Shown: positions 38,521 to 49,246 of the stretch, one piece after another | Position numbering within the stretch: the first letter of the stretch is position 1 | Layout: the number at the start of each line of letters is the position of its first letter | Assembly (NCBI RefSeq): GCF_964194025.1 | Contig: NC_134478.1 | Coordinates: 36,642,001 to 36,706,000, forward strand | DNA length: 64,000 nucleotides | Source: Convolutriloba macropyga | Taxonomy: Eukaryota | Direction of reading: 5' to 3' | Translations under genes and position numbers: made by a program | Notes under the pieces: generated by a model | Seen by the model: the letters and a program-made list of their open reading frames with translations, nothing else | The model's database searches: none | What the model was told of the DNA's origin: nothing

Positions 38521-39890
38521 TCATTTCTCTTTCATCTTATAGCTTTCCTTCTTCTTTTGCTGCGCTTCAGAGCTGTACTTCCCCCTTTTTTCCATTCTCT
38601 GTCGAGCGTTCAAGCCGCTTTTGTTAGCTGAAAGTCTGGCCTGCTTCTTGGCGTTAGGGAATCTGTCTCGAGGAAACTTCCGTTCAACTGCACCTAAGTA
38701 ATTTTGATACGACTTACCATAATAGTATTTAGAAAAACATGAAATAAATGAACTTCAAAACGCACTGGTTGTGGGAGTTAAAAGATTGAACTCTACGTTT
38801 GAACAATTAACATTTTGTTAATGAGATCTGAATAAGAGGAAGAAAAGGATTAAGATAATTAACTCACGAAAAAAAGTCAGCATTTTATCAACAGCTGCGC
38901 ACTTTCTTCCAGTTGAAACGTTTTTTGCTGGCAAGATCATGTCGTAGGCCAATCCGTTGACTCCCCATATCCATTTTCTCAAAACCATTCCGTAGACATA
39001 AGGTGAATGTCCAGCATACACGTGATCTAAGTTCTTGCTGTTTAAACCAAACTGTAGAGGAGGCTTTAGTTCAACCTGGTTCACCAGAAGAGATTCCTGT
39101 AATTCATCGATGTCTTCTCCGTTTTCATTGGCAGCTGCCCCGGTCTCATTTTCAATGTCATCAAAATCCTCTCCCAGAGCATCTTTCACCTGTTAATGGA
39201 AACCTACCTCTTTACCGAACCTTCAAAGGAGTTTCACAAAAAATGAACGCTTACAATCTTGGATAGCTTTCTTTTCAACAGCGCCAATTCTTCCATAGTC
39301 TCATTGGATTGACGTTGCATGTTCCCGATCACGTCGTGCACGGTCTTCGCACTTATCAGCATAGTCTCAGCTATTTCTCGGTGTTTTGCGCAGCACTAAA
39401 AATTTGAACAGCTTAGGAAAATCCAAAGATTTTTATATAAAAAGGTACCCTAGGTATCATTGTCAACTAATATAATTAAAGATAATGATGGCTGTCTAAG
39501 TACACTAATTTATATTTATGAAAAAGAAATTGAATTAGAAAGAGCTTGAAAATATACCATGACATTCTCGCAGTGTTCGGGTTTTGATTGCTCTTTCTCC
39601 ACTGCAAGAGAAGCACTGTCAGGATTTTCAGGACACTCATCGTCAGTGTCGCAAGCTATGTTCAAACTTCGTTTCAGTTCTTTAAGATCCTTCGTGAAAT
39701 CCCCCGTTCCCTGTTTAATAACCTTGTAACATCTTACTTGGCCATCTTTCAAAAGCGACACCTGATTCCCCGTTGTTGTAGTAATTTTATCCATATAGCT
39801 TTTGTTCCCCCACATCTCTGAGTTTTCACTGATTATTCGGGCATCATCTCGCTCAACAGTGAGTATGAGCCAGTGGAATTGATGTTCCAT
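38521..39890 (-). CDS. Transposon accessory gene A, 4 exons, 322 aa, paralogue of gene B (coiled coil + BEN-like C-terminal domain)
   Basis: Exons 39890-39558, 39395-39255, 39189-38868 and 38693-38521, all GT-AG, total 969 nt in frame. Same intron phases (0,0,1) as gene B. C-terminus PYVYGMVLRKWIWGVNGL...GRKCAAVDKMLTFFR/AVERKFP..AKKQARLSANKSG. Confidence 0.75.
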
Positions 39891-39929
39891 AACAAATGAC
39901 CTGAAGAGAAAATAACCCTGAACAAAATG

Positions 39930-42900
39930 ACGCAAATTTCCGTATGAAAACCTAACTTTTTTCACACGCAAGTTATAACAAAATCTTGACATTTTGACTT
40001 TGCATACACAGTGGATACTCCATACTAAATTTGGTTCACATTGGACAACTCCTTGACCCGATTCAAAAGAACTATTTTTAAACTTCGTTATTCGAGAAAT
40101 TCGCAAACTTCCGTATGAAATACCAACTTTTTTCCTAGGCAAAAAGCTATAGAGAAAACTCTTTTTTTGTCCTACACTCTTACTTTACAGGGGAAACTTT
40201 ATACCCAGTTTGGTTCGATTTGAACAACTCTATGACCTAATCAAAAAGACCTATTTCAAAAATTATTTAAAATTAATTATTCGAATTAATCGCAAATTTC
40301 CGTATGAAAAGCTAACTTTTTCCTCGGCATGCTATAGCAAAAATTCTCGGCAATTCAGACCCTACATATACAGGGTATACTCCATACCCAGTTTGGTTCG
40401 ATTTTAACAACTCTATGACCTAATCAAAAAGACCTATTTTAAAAAATTATTTAAAATTAATTATTCGAATTAATCGCAAATTTCCGTATGAAAAGCTAAC
40501 TTTTTCCTAGGCATGCTGTAGCAAAAATTCTTGGCATTTCAGACTCTACACATACAGCATACAGGGTATACTCCATACCCAGTTTGGTTCACTTGGGACA
40601 ACACCTTGACCCGACGAAAAAGACCTATTTTTAAAATTACATATTCAAAATTATTCCGAAATAATAGCAAATTTCCGTATGAAAATCTAACTTTTTTCCT
40701 AGGCAAGCTATACCAAAAATTCTTTTTGTTTTACAATCTAGTTACCCATGGAATACTCGATACCGAGTTTGGTTCGATTTGGACAACTCCTTGACCCGAC
40801 GAAAAAGACCTATTTTTAAAATTACTTATTCAAAATTATTCGGAAATAATAGCAAATTTCCGTATGAAAAGCTAACTTTTTTCCTATGAGAGCTATAACA
40901 AAAACTCTTTTTGTTTTACAATCTAGTTACCCATGTGATACTCGATACCGAGTTTGGTTCGATTTGGACAACTCCTTGATCCAATAAAATTTCTATTTTT
41001 TTGAAAATAGAATAAGCGAATAAGTCGATTTTTCCGATTGAAATATGAACTTTTTTTCTAGGGACGTTAGGCAAACCATTCTTTTTGCATTACAGCCTAA
41101 ATATTACTGGTAGTCTGGGATATCAATTTGGTTCACTTTGAACAACTCCTTGACCCGATGAAAAAGACCTATTTTTAAAATTCGTTATTTGCGAAATTCG
41201 CAAATTTCCGTATGAAAAACTAACTTTTTTCCTAGGCAAGCTATACCAAAAATTCTTTTTGTTTTACAATCTAGTTACCCATGGGATACTCGATACCAGG
41301 TTTGGTTCACTTTGGACAACTCCTTGACTCGACGAAAAAGACCTATTTTTAAAATTCGTTATTCGATATAATCGCAAATTTCCGTATGAAAACCTAACTT
41401 TTTTGCTGGGCAAACTATAGTGAAAAATCTTGATGTTTTACCCTCTAATCGCAATACTGATACTCCATACCGAGTTTAGTTTTATTTGAACAACTCCTTG
41501 ACCCGATAAAAAAGAGCTATTTTTAAATATACTTAATCAAAATTATTCGGAAATAATAGCAAATTTCCGTATGAAACACTAACTTACTTCCTAGGCTAGC
41601 TATACAAAATATTCTTGGCATATTATACTCTGCATACACACAGGAACTCTGAATATGAGTTTGAAGAGATTTGAACAACTTCTTGACCCGATAAAAAAGA
41701 CTTATTTTTAAAATTTGTTATTCGAAATAATCGCAAATTTCCGTATGAAAAACTAACTTTTTTCCTAGGCAAGCTATACCAAAAATTCTTTCTGTTTTAC
41801 AATCTAGTCACCCATGGGATACTCGATACCGAGTTTGGTTCGATTTGGACAACTCCTTGATCCGATGAAAAAGACCTATTTTTAAAATTCGTTATTTGCG
41901 AAATTCGCAAATTTCCGTATGAAAAACTAACTTTTTTCCTAGGCAAGCTATACCAAAAATTCTTTCTGTTTTAGATTCTAAGCTCCCGTGGTATACTCCA
42001 TGCCGAGTTTGGTTCGATTTGGACAACTCCTTGACCCGACGAAAAAGACCTATTTTTAAATATACTTATTCAAAATTATTCGGAAATAATAGCAAATTTC
42101 CGTATGAAAACCTAACTTTTTTCCTAGGCAAGCTATACCAAAAATTCTTTCTGTTTTACAATCTAGTTACCCATGGGATACTCGATACCGAGTTTGGTTC
42201 GATTTGGACAACTCCTTGACCCGACGAAAAAGACCTATTTTTAAAATTATTTATTTGAAATAATCGCAAATTTCCGTATGAAAACCTAACTTTTTTCCTA
42301 GGCAAGCTATACCAAAAATTCTTTTTGTTTTACAATCTAGTTACCCATGGGATACTCGATACCGAGTTTGGTTCGATTTGGCCAACTCCTTGACCCGATG
42401 AAAAAGACCTATTTTTAAAATTCGTTATTTGCGAAATTCGCAAATTTCCGTATTTAAAACTAACTTTTTTCCTAGGCAAGCTATACCAAAAATTCTTTCT
42501 GTTTTACAATCTAGTTACCCATGGGATACTCGATACCGAGTTTGGTTCGGTTTGGACAACTCCTTGACCCGACGAAAAAGACCTATTTTTAAAATTCGTT
42601 ATTTGCGAAATTCGCAAATTTCCGTATGAAAAACTAACTTTTTTCCTAGGCAAGCTATACCAAAAATTCTTTCTGTTTTACAATCTAGTCACCCATGGGA
42701 TACTCGATACCCAGTTTGGTTCGATTTGGACAACTCCTTGACCCGACGAAAAAGACCTATTTTTAAAATTCGTTATTTGCGAAATTCGCAAATTTCCGTA
42801 TGAAAACCTAACTTTTTTCCTAGGCAAGCTATACCAAAAATTCTTTTTGTTTTACAATCTAGTTACCCATGGGATACTCGATACCGAGTTTGGTTAGATT

Positions 42901-43132
42901 TGGACAACTCCTTGACCCAATAAAATTTCTATATTTTTGAAAAAAGAATAAGCGAAAAAGTCGATTTTTCCGTTGGAACTATGAACTTTTTTTCTAGGAA
43001 AGTTAGGCCGCCCATTCTTTTTGTATTACAACCTAAATGTTACTGGTAGTCTGGGATATCAATTTGGTTCACTTTGAACAACTTCTTGACCCGATAAAAA
43101 ATACATTTAAAATTCGTTAATCGCGAAATTCG
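39930..43132 (+). repeat. ~176-bp satellite array (right), about 18 units, same family and orientation as the left array
   Basis: Same unit sequence; shares diagnostic variant units with the left array (for example ~25750-25960 versus ~40965-41150 and ~42900-43100). Confidence 0.97.
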
Positions 43133-43407
43133 AAGCTAAGCAAGGTTTAAATAAAGTTTGCAATTTAAACACGGCAGTTTTCTGAAAGCCTTTTTGTAAT
43201 CTAGGGATATACCCTGCAGGCAATAAGAAAAAAGCCATGTGGGTTGAAAAATAGAAAAGAATTAAATAAACAACATAAACGCCAATGTGGCCAAAACGGT
43301 TACTTCAGGAAGTATAAATTGGTTGACAGCTCAATCTAATAGCTCAAGAGAACAATTTAGCTAAAATACAACGATTCAAAAACAACAATTCAAAAACAAA
43401 GCACACT

Positions 43408-43992
43408 TCAAAATTCAAGAATCTTAAAATCATCATTCGCAAACTTTCTATACGAGAGCCGAAGCTTCTTCCCCCAGCATGTCAGAACAGGTCTTCTGCG
43501 ATAAATTGGCTCCTTGGTTTTCTTGGTAATCGCACCGCATTTATAGTCCTTTGTTTTCCCGATTTTCAATAGTTTCATTCCAGGAATCTTGCCTGCCTCT
43601 ATTTCACGAATGGCCCTCTTACAATGTCCGACACCGAAGAAATTAATCCAACCATTATAGATTCTGCTTTTCTTTTGATTTGGCCTCAACTTCCCAAGTT
43701 TTACACTGTCAACACCGACAAACAGCTTCGCTACAGTGTTCATAACTTGCTCCGGTTCAACGTTTTTCGCATCGAAGTCCACAAATTTAAACGACATTGG
43801 TAGCATCTCCTCTATCTTTCTTTTAGCACGCCATAACTTTGCTCTCTCCTCCTTCTCTTCCTTTGCCAACTTAAAGTTCTCTACTCTTCCCGCTTTCCAT
43901 TCACCACCTGGTTTTTCCAACTCTTCCACAAAAACAGCACTTCCAACAGCTTGACCCTCTTCAATTTTATCCATCTGATCTGAAAAGGTCAT
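43408..43992 (-). CDS. 194-aa basic protein with a possible RRM-like fold
   Basis: Uninterrupted ORF. FKFVDF..VEPEQV...LFVGVDSVKL...RIYNGWINF...CKRAIREI resembles RRM beta1-alpha1-beta2-RNP1-alpha2 spacing. Confidence 0.5.
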   Translation of the reverse strand: MTFSDQMDKIEEGQAVGSAVFVEELEKPGGEWKAGRVENFKLAKEEKEERAKLWRAKRKIEEMLPMSFKFVDFDAKNVEPEQVMNTVAKLFVGVDSVKLGKLRPNQKKSRIYNGWINFFGVGHCKRAIREIEAGKIPGMKLLKIGKTKDYKCGAITKKTKEPIYRRRPVLTCWGKKLRLSYRKFANDDFKILEF

Positions 43993-44264
43993 TATTTCCT
44001 GGTTCCAACGATGTATTGCACGTCTACGGGCCCCCCTCTACCCGGGGCAATGGGGTTATCTATCTGCGATCTACCCGGGCGTTTCTCTATACCCGGGGCT
44101 CATCTACCAGCCCACGTACCAGCCCAACTACGTCCTACATTCTGGAGTAATCGCTATTCTTTCGACTTGATCGGATCGCATCGCTATTCTATTCGAGAAT
44201 CTGAGACATTAGCTCTCTGTGTGACCTTTTGAAACTTTCTATTTCATTCTACTTTCATCTTTAT

Positions 44265-44363
44265 ACATGCTTACCTCGAGGAGGTACGGAGGCAGGCAAG
44301 CACAGCGTCCTTGCTGTCACTTGACCTGACAGCCCACCAGTAAGCATGTCACGTGACCGGAAG
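44265..44363 (-). promoter_or_regulatory. Candidate promoter and short leader exon for the minus-strand gene cluster
   Basis: GC-rich island with palindromic E-box GTCACGTGAC (44348-44357), near copy GTCACTTGAC (44316-44325), ETS-like CCGGAAG (44357-44363) and a consensus donor AG|GTAAGC on the minus strand at 44275/44274. Confidence 0.35.
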
Positions 44364-45199
44364 GACGTTGTGAACGAAAATTTCACTACCTCATGTCAGT
44401 TAGCCGCTATAAAGATGAAGTGAATTAAAAAGTGGTAAAAGTAATATATTCGAGAAGCTCTCTCACTGGACAGTGTATAATAGAGATATAAAAAAGTTTG
44501 CAACTACTGAGGGGATGTTGGTGGTGGTGGTGGGGGGGGGGGAGGGGGTGGTGCGATCGCTTGTTGGGACTGGGCTATGGTGTGTGTCAGAAAAAGGCTT
44601 ATATCTCGAAAACTACTGAACCAAATTCAAAAAATGAATATGTTTTGAAATCAGCATGAACTGGGGCATCAACCTGGCGTTAAAAAAAGTTAAAAAAGTA
44701 AAGGAATACAAACTCGATTTTTGACAGTTTGGCTGAAATTTGCCGATTTTTAGCAAAGTCTGGAAAATCGGAAAATTAGGCAATGAAACTAAACCGAAAC
44801 TTTTCAACCCATATATATTCGTAAAGTATATTAAATGGGCAAGAAAATGATATAATATACTTTCAAATACGTCGTGTAACAAAAAAGTTATTAAACCAAA
44901 CAACTTTGAAATTTCAAATTTTTTGCGAAAATCGACCCTGAGTTCGGTCTCTACATTGCTCTTGCATTTCCTTGATATGCATTGTTATAAAAAGATAATT
45001 ATATGGTCGTCGGAAGCGTTAGTTCTAGTTTCTCATGATACCAAAAACTTGTATGTTTTGCGTTTTTTTAAGGGAAAAAATAGTCGAAGTTCATCAAAAA
45101 TGACCAGTTTTTGCCTCCACATCGACAAATCTTTTAAAATTTTTGAAACAAATTAAACGAATTGAAAACTGAATTATGTATATTAAAAAAGTACATTAT

Positions 45200-47400
45200 C
45201 ACGGCAATCAAATAAGCTATCATACAATTCCCAACTCGTCTTTTTCGTAAAGATATTAGGGAAGGTATTTTGTGAAATTAAAAAATTTTTCACCTAAATC
45301 GACCATTCATTGAAAATTTTTTGTACAAATCAAGTAGTTAGCATCTGTTTCAACACAAACTATAAAAGAACATTGTCAAGGCTCACAAATGAGCTATCAT
45401 AAACGGTTTAACTCACTTTCTTCAAAAAGTTTTTAAGTTATCTTTTTTGTGAAGTTCAACATTTTCTTCACCTGATTTATCAATTCTCTGGTAATTTCTT
45501 GTTGATATCAGCAGATTGGATTCTGTTAATACCCAAACTCTGAAAATCAATGGTTTGGCTACTAATTGAGCCACCATACACATTTTAACTCGTCTTTTTA
45601 AAAAGTTTTTAACCAAAGTTTTTCTTGAAGTTCAACAATTTCATCACCTAATTCAAAAATCCTTTGAAAATTCCTTATAAATATCAAGAAAATGGCATCT
45701 GTTTCTACGCAAAAAGTAAGAGTAAATTGCTGTGGTTTTCAAATATGATGTTATATCCATTTTAACTTGTTTTGTAAAGCTATTGACAACGGTTTTTAAT
45801 AAAGCTTGACTTTTTCTTCCATTAACTCAAAAACTCTTTATTAGTATCTTACTGAAGCCGAAATATTTGCATCTGTAACTACAGACGCTGCAAATACATT
45901 GTTGTGGCTACCAATTGAGCTATCATACTTATTTTAACTCGTCTTTATGCAAAAAACTATTAACAAAACTTTTTAATAAAGTTTGAAAATTCCTTCATCT
46001 AATTCATCAATTCTTTAATAATTTCTTGTAGAAGTCAAAATATTGGCGTCTGTCACTAAACAAACTCTAAAGGTACATTGTGTTGACTACCAACAGAACT
46101 ATCATACACACTTTAATTCGTCTTGTTCAAAAAGATATTGACAAAGATTTTAAAAAAAAATTGACTATTAAATTGATTAAATAAAAAACTTTGACTAAAA
46201 AAATTTGAAAAACACGCTTCAGATAATTCAACAATTCTTTAAAAATTTCGACTAGAAGTCAAAAAATTTGCATTTATTACCACACAAAAACAAAAGTACC
46301 TTGTTTTGACTATCAAATGAGCTATATACATGTTTAACTCGTCTTTTTCTAAAAGTTATCAACAAATCTTTGTCATGAAGTTCAATAAACTCTTCACATA
46401 GTTCAGCCAAAAATCTTTTTAAATTTTTTGTTCAAGTCAACAATTTGTTGACTATTTAAACCAAAAATGATAAATAAAATTGTCAAGGCTTCCAATGAAC
46501 TATCATTCAAAGTTGATCTGATCTTAATCAGAAAGTTAAAAACTTAATATTTTCTCTTAGTTCGACAATTTTTTCACCTAATTCAACAGTTCTTTGAAAA
46601 TTTCTCAAAGAAGTCAAAAGCGTGCCATATGTTTTTACACAAACACTAAAAATCATATTTTTATGACTACCAATTGAGTTATCAAACACTTTTTAACTCG
46701 TCTTGTTCAAAAATTTATTAACAAAATTTTTTCATGAACTTCAAAAATTTCTTCACCTAATTCGTCAATTAGTTGAAAGTAGATCAACGAAGTCAATGGA
46801 TCGGCATCTGTTACTACACTTAATCTTAATATAAATTGTCATGAGAACTAAATGAGCCATCACACACATTTTTACTCGTCTTGTTACAAAAACATTCACA
46901 AAGGCTTTTCATGAAGATCGACAATTTCTCCACCTAATTCAACAATTCTTTAAACACTTCTCACAGAAGTCAAAAGTTTGGCATCTTTCATCACACAAAC
47001 TCTAAGTGTGCATCAAAATGGCCACCAAAATGAGCTACCATACTCATTTTAACTCGCCTTGTTCAAAAAAACTTTTAACAAAAGTTTTTCAAGAAGTTCG
47101 ACAACTTCTTCACCTTATTAAACAATATATTGAAAAGTTCTCATAACAGTTGGAAACATTTGGCATCTGGTACAACACAAGTTCTATTTGTACATTGTCA
47201 TGGCTTTTAAATGAGCCATAATACCCATTTTAACTCGTCTTTTCAAAAAATGTTTAACTAAGTTTTTCATGAAGTTCGACCATTTCTTCACCTAATTTAA
47301 CATTTCTGTGCAAGTTTTTTGTAAAAGTCTAAAGATTGACATCTATTTCTACAATATCTAAAAAAAAACGTAAACCAAATGGTCTGAAGATTCAAAGTTA
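45200..47400 (+). repeat. Second, unrelated and strongly diverged ~178-bp tandem array (about 12 units), truncated by the gap
   Basis: Motifs GAGCTATCAT...TTTTAACTCGTCTT...GAAGTTC.ACAATTTCTTCACCTAATTC recur at ~45233, 45410, 45587, 45764, 45936, 46115, 46336, 46695, 46873, 47051 and 47232. Confidence 0.85.
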
Positions 47401-47729
47401 NNNNNNNNNNNNNNNNNNNNNNNNNNNNNNNNNNNNNNNNNNNNNNNNNNNNNNNNNNNNNNNNNNNNNNNNNNNNNNNNNNNNNNNNNNNNNNNNNNNN
47501 NNNNNNNNNNNNNNNNNNNNNNNNNNNNNNNNNNNNNNTACATANNNNNNNNNNNNNNNNNNNNNNNNNNNNNNNNNNNNNNNNNNNNNNNNNNNNNNNN
47601 NNNNNNNNNNNNNNNNNNNNNNNNNNNNNNNNNNNNNNNNNNNNNNNNNNNNNNNNNNNNNNNNNNNNNNNNNNNNNNNNNNNNNNNNNNNNNNNNNNNN
47701 NNNNNNNNNNNNNNNNNNNNNNNNNNNNN
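47401..47729. other. Assembly gap (N run with a 6-base island)
   Basis: Ns in the sequence. Confidence 1.
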
Positions 47730-47939
47730 TTCACGAAATTAAGAACAAACGTTTATTACTGACGAACACAAAAACTATACACATATAATGACCTCTATTA
47801 TACTGAAAGTTAAATTCTACCGATGATAACTGTAACTTCAACAGTTCAAAAGTGTTTGCACATCCAGTCTGTTTACCCCCCCCCCCCCAGTTTGCACTTC
47901 AATTTTGTCTGGTGCCCCTAGTGTTCGACTCAAATTCTC

Positions 47940-48251
47940 TGGGTCGCACTATGGTCGCACAATTTTTCGGTCGCACAAAAGTCGCACAAATTCTGCACAC
48001 ACTATGGTCGCACCAAAGTCGCACAAAAGTCGCACAAATTTTCTGGGTCGCACTATGGTCGCACCATTTCTTGGGTCGCACTATGATCTGATGGTCGCAC
48101 TACGGTCTGATCAGAGGACTTTGGGTCGCACGATGGTCTGATCAGAGGTCTTTTGGGTCGCACTATGGTCGCACGATTTCTTGGGTCGCACTACGGTCTG
48201 ATCAGAGGGCCTTGGGTCGCACGATGGTCTGATCAGAGGGCAAAGTCTGGA
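47940..48251 (+). repeat. Right subterminal repeat array (GGTCGCAC / GGTCTGATCAG motifs)
   Basis: Same motifs as 23968-24418, in the same (direct) orientation; both ends share GGTCTGATCAGAGGGCAAAGTCTGGAAAATGGTCTG. Confidence 0.92.
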
Positions 48252-48297
48252 AAATGGTCTGATCAGAGCGGTCTAGGGTCGCGCACCTAAACCTGGG
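48252..48297 (-). repeat. Right terminal inverted repeat (46 bp)
   Basis: Exact reverse complement of 23922-23967; ends CTGGG. Confidence 0.95.
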
Positions 48298-48634
48298 AAT
48301 CAATTTCCATTTGAATGAGCTGTAATATTTCATGTTTTAGCTATCTCTTCTTCGATGGTAGGTTCATAAATTTGTCGGAATTTTCATTTAATTTTTGAAT
48401 TACAATTCATTTGTTAATTGCTTCAACCTCAAGAATTATCCGAAAAATTTGTTTTCGTAGCAATTGTTAGTTTCTCCTTATTTGTTTTTTCCATTATGGG
48501 CATGGAAATATTTGACCATTTTTCTTTGAAAAAGGTTATATTTTCTACAACTCTACTTTATTCTAAGTAGTCATCCAATTCTCAATTCTTGATTCTATGA
48601 ACCGTCGAGATGAACGCCAGTGTTGATTAATTTT

Positions 48635-49239
48635 TGTTGGTTTATGGGTTTTCGCAAGCGGAATAAAAAGCGTTTTTAACTAAGTAGAAAAATTAATTTC
48701 GCAAGATGAGAGAATAACAAGAATGATATTTGATATTTAACAGTAGAACTTAGAGATTTACAGGAGAGATAAGATTATTAGATCAAGATGGTGATTTGAG
48801 TTTGGGGATGAAAAAAGGCTCAAAAATCAGCTGTAAAAATACCCAAAGATACAAAACTAACCGAGGCACCATGATTTACAGTGGGGGTCGCAAGGGTTAC
48901 CCAAAATGGTTTGCTTCTGCAAATTTCCCAGAAATCAGTCGCAGGAGGTACCATAGATGGTATACATTTACACTTTTCTAAGAATTTGTTCACATTTCCG
49001 GTGGTATTATGATCATTCAATACATGCTGGGAAGATTTTACATGAAATAATCTCACTCTAATATTAGATATCTAGATTCAACAATTTGAAACGAATGTTG
49101 ATTCTAAGCACCATTTCTTGACAATTCATGTATAAAAAATTCTCTGATCAAAAGCAATTTGTCTTTCTAATCTGGTAAGTTGAACTTTATTTCTAATTCT
49201 CACTAAGTTAAAGACTATAGTTTGATCGATATTCTAACA
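48635..49239 (-). repeat. Copia-2 3' LTR
   Basis: Diverged direct repeat of 53495-54093. Confidence 0.93.
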
Positions 49240-49246
49240 CCTCCAC

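Larger units (their letters stand above)
23922..48297 (-). mobile_element. Giant (~24.4 kb) CMC-superfamily (CACTA/EnSpm-like) DNA transposon carrying a SET-transposase fusion and accessory genes
   Basis: Perfect 46-bp TIRs starting CCCAG (fits the CMCWR terminal consensus of CACTA/Mirage/Chapaev); shared subterminal repeat motifs at both ends; internal CACTA-type transposase. Caveats: flanks are TA / AA (no perfect TSD) and an N-gap lies inside. Confidence 0.75.

Noticed and set aside
39901-40142. N-terminal ~80 aa of ORF 39516-40142
   Set aside because: Read-through into satellite; a splice acceptor at 39901 and ATG at 39890 mark the real start.
47297-47788. ORFs spanning the N run
   Set aside because: Artefacts of the assembly gap.
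23920-48299. Target-site duplication for the CMC element
   Set aside because: Flanks read ..AGTA and AATC..; there is no exact 2-3 bp duplication, so a TSD is not claimed.
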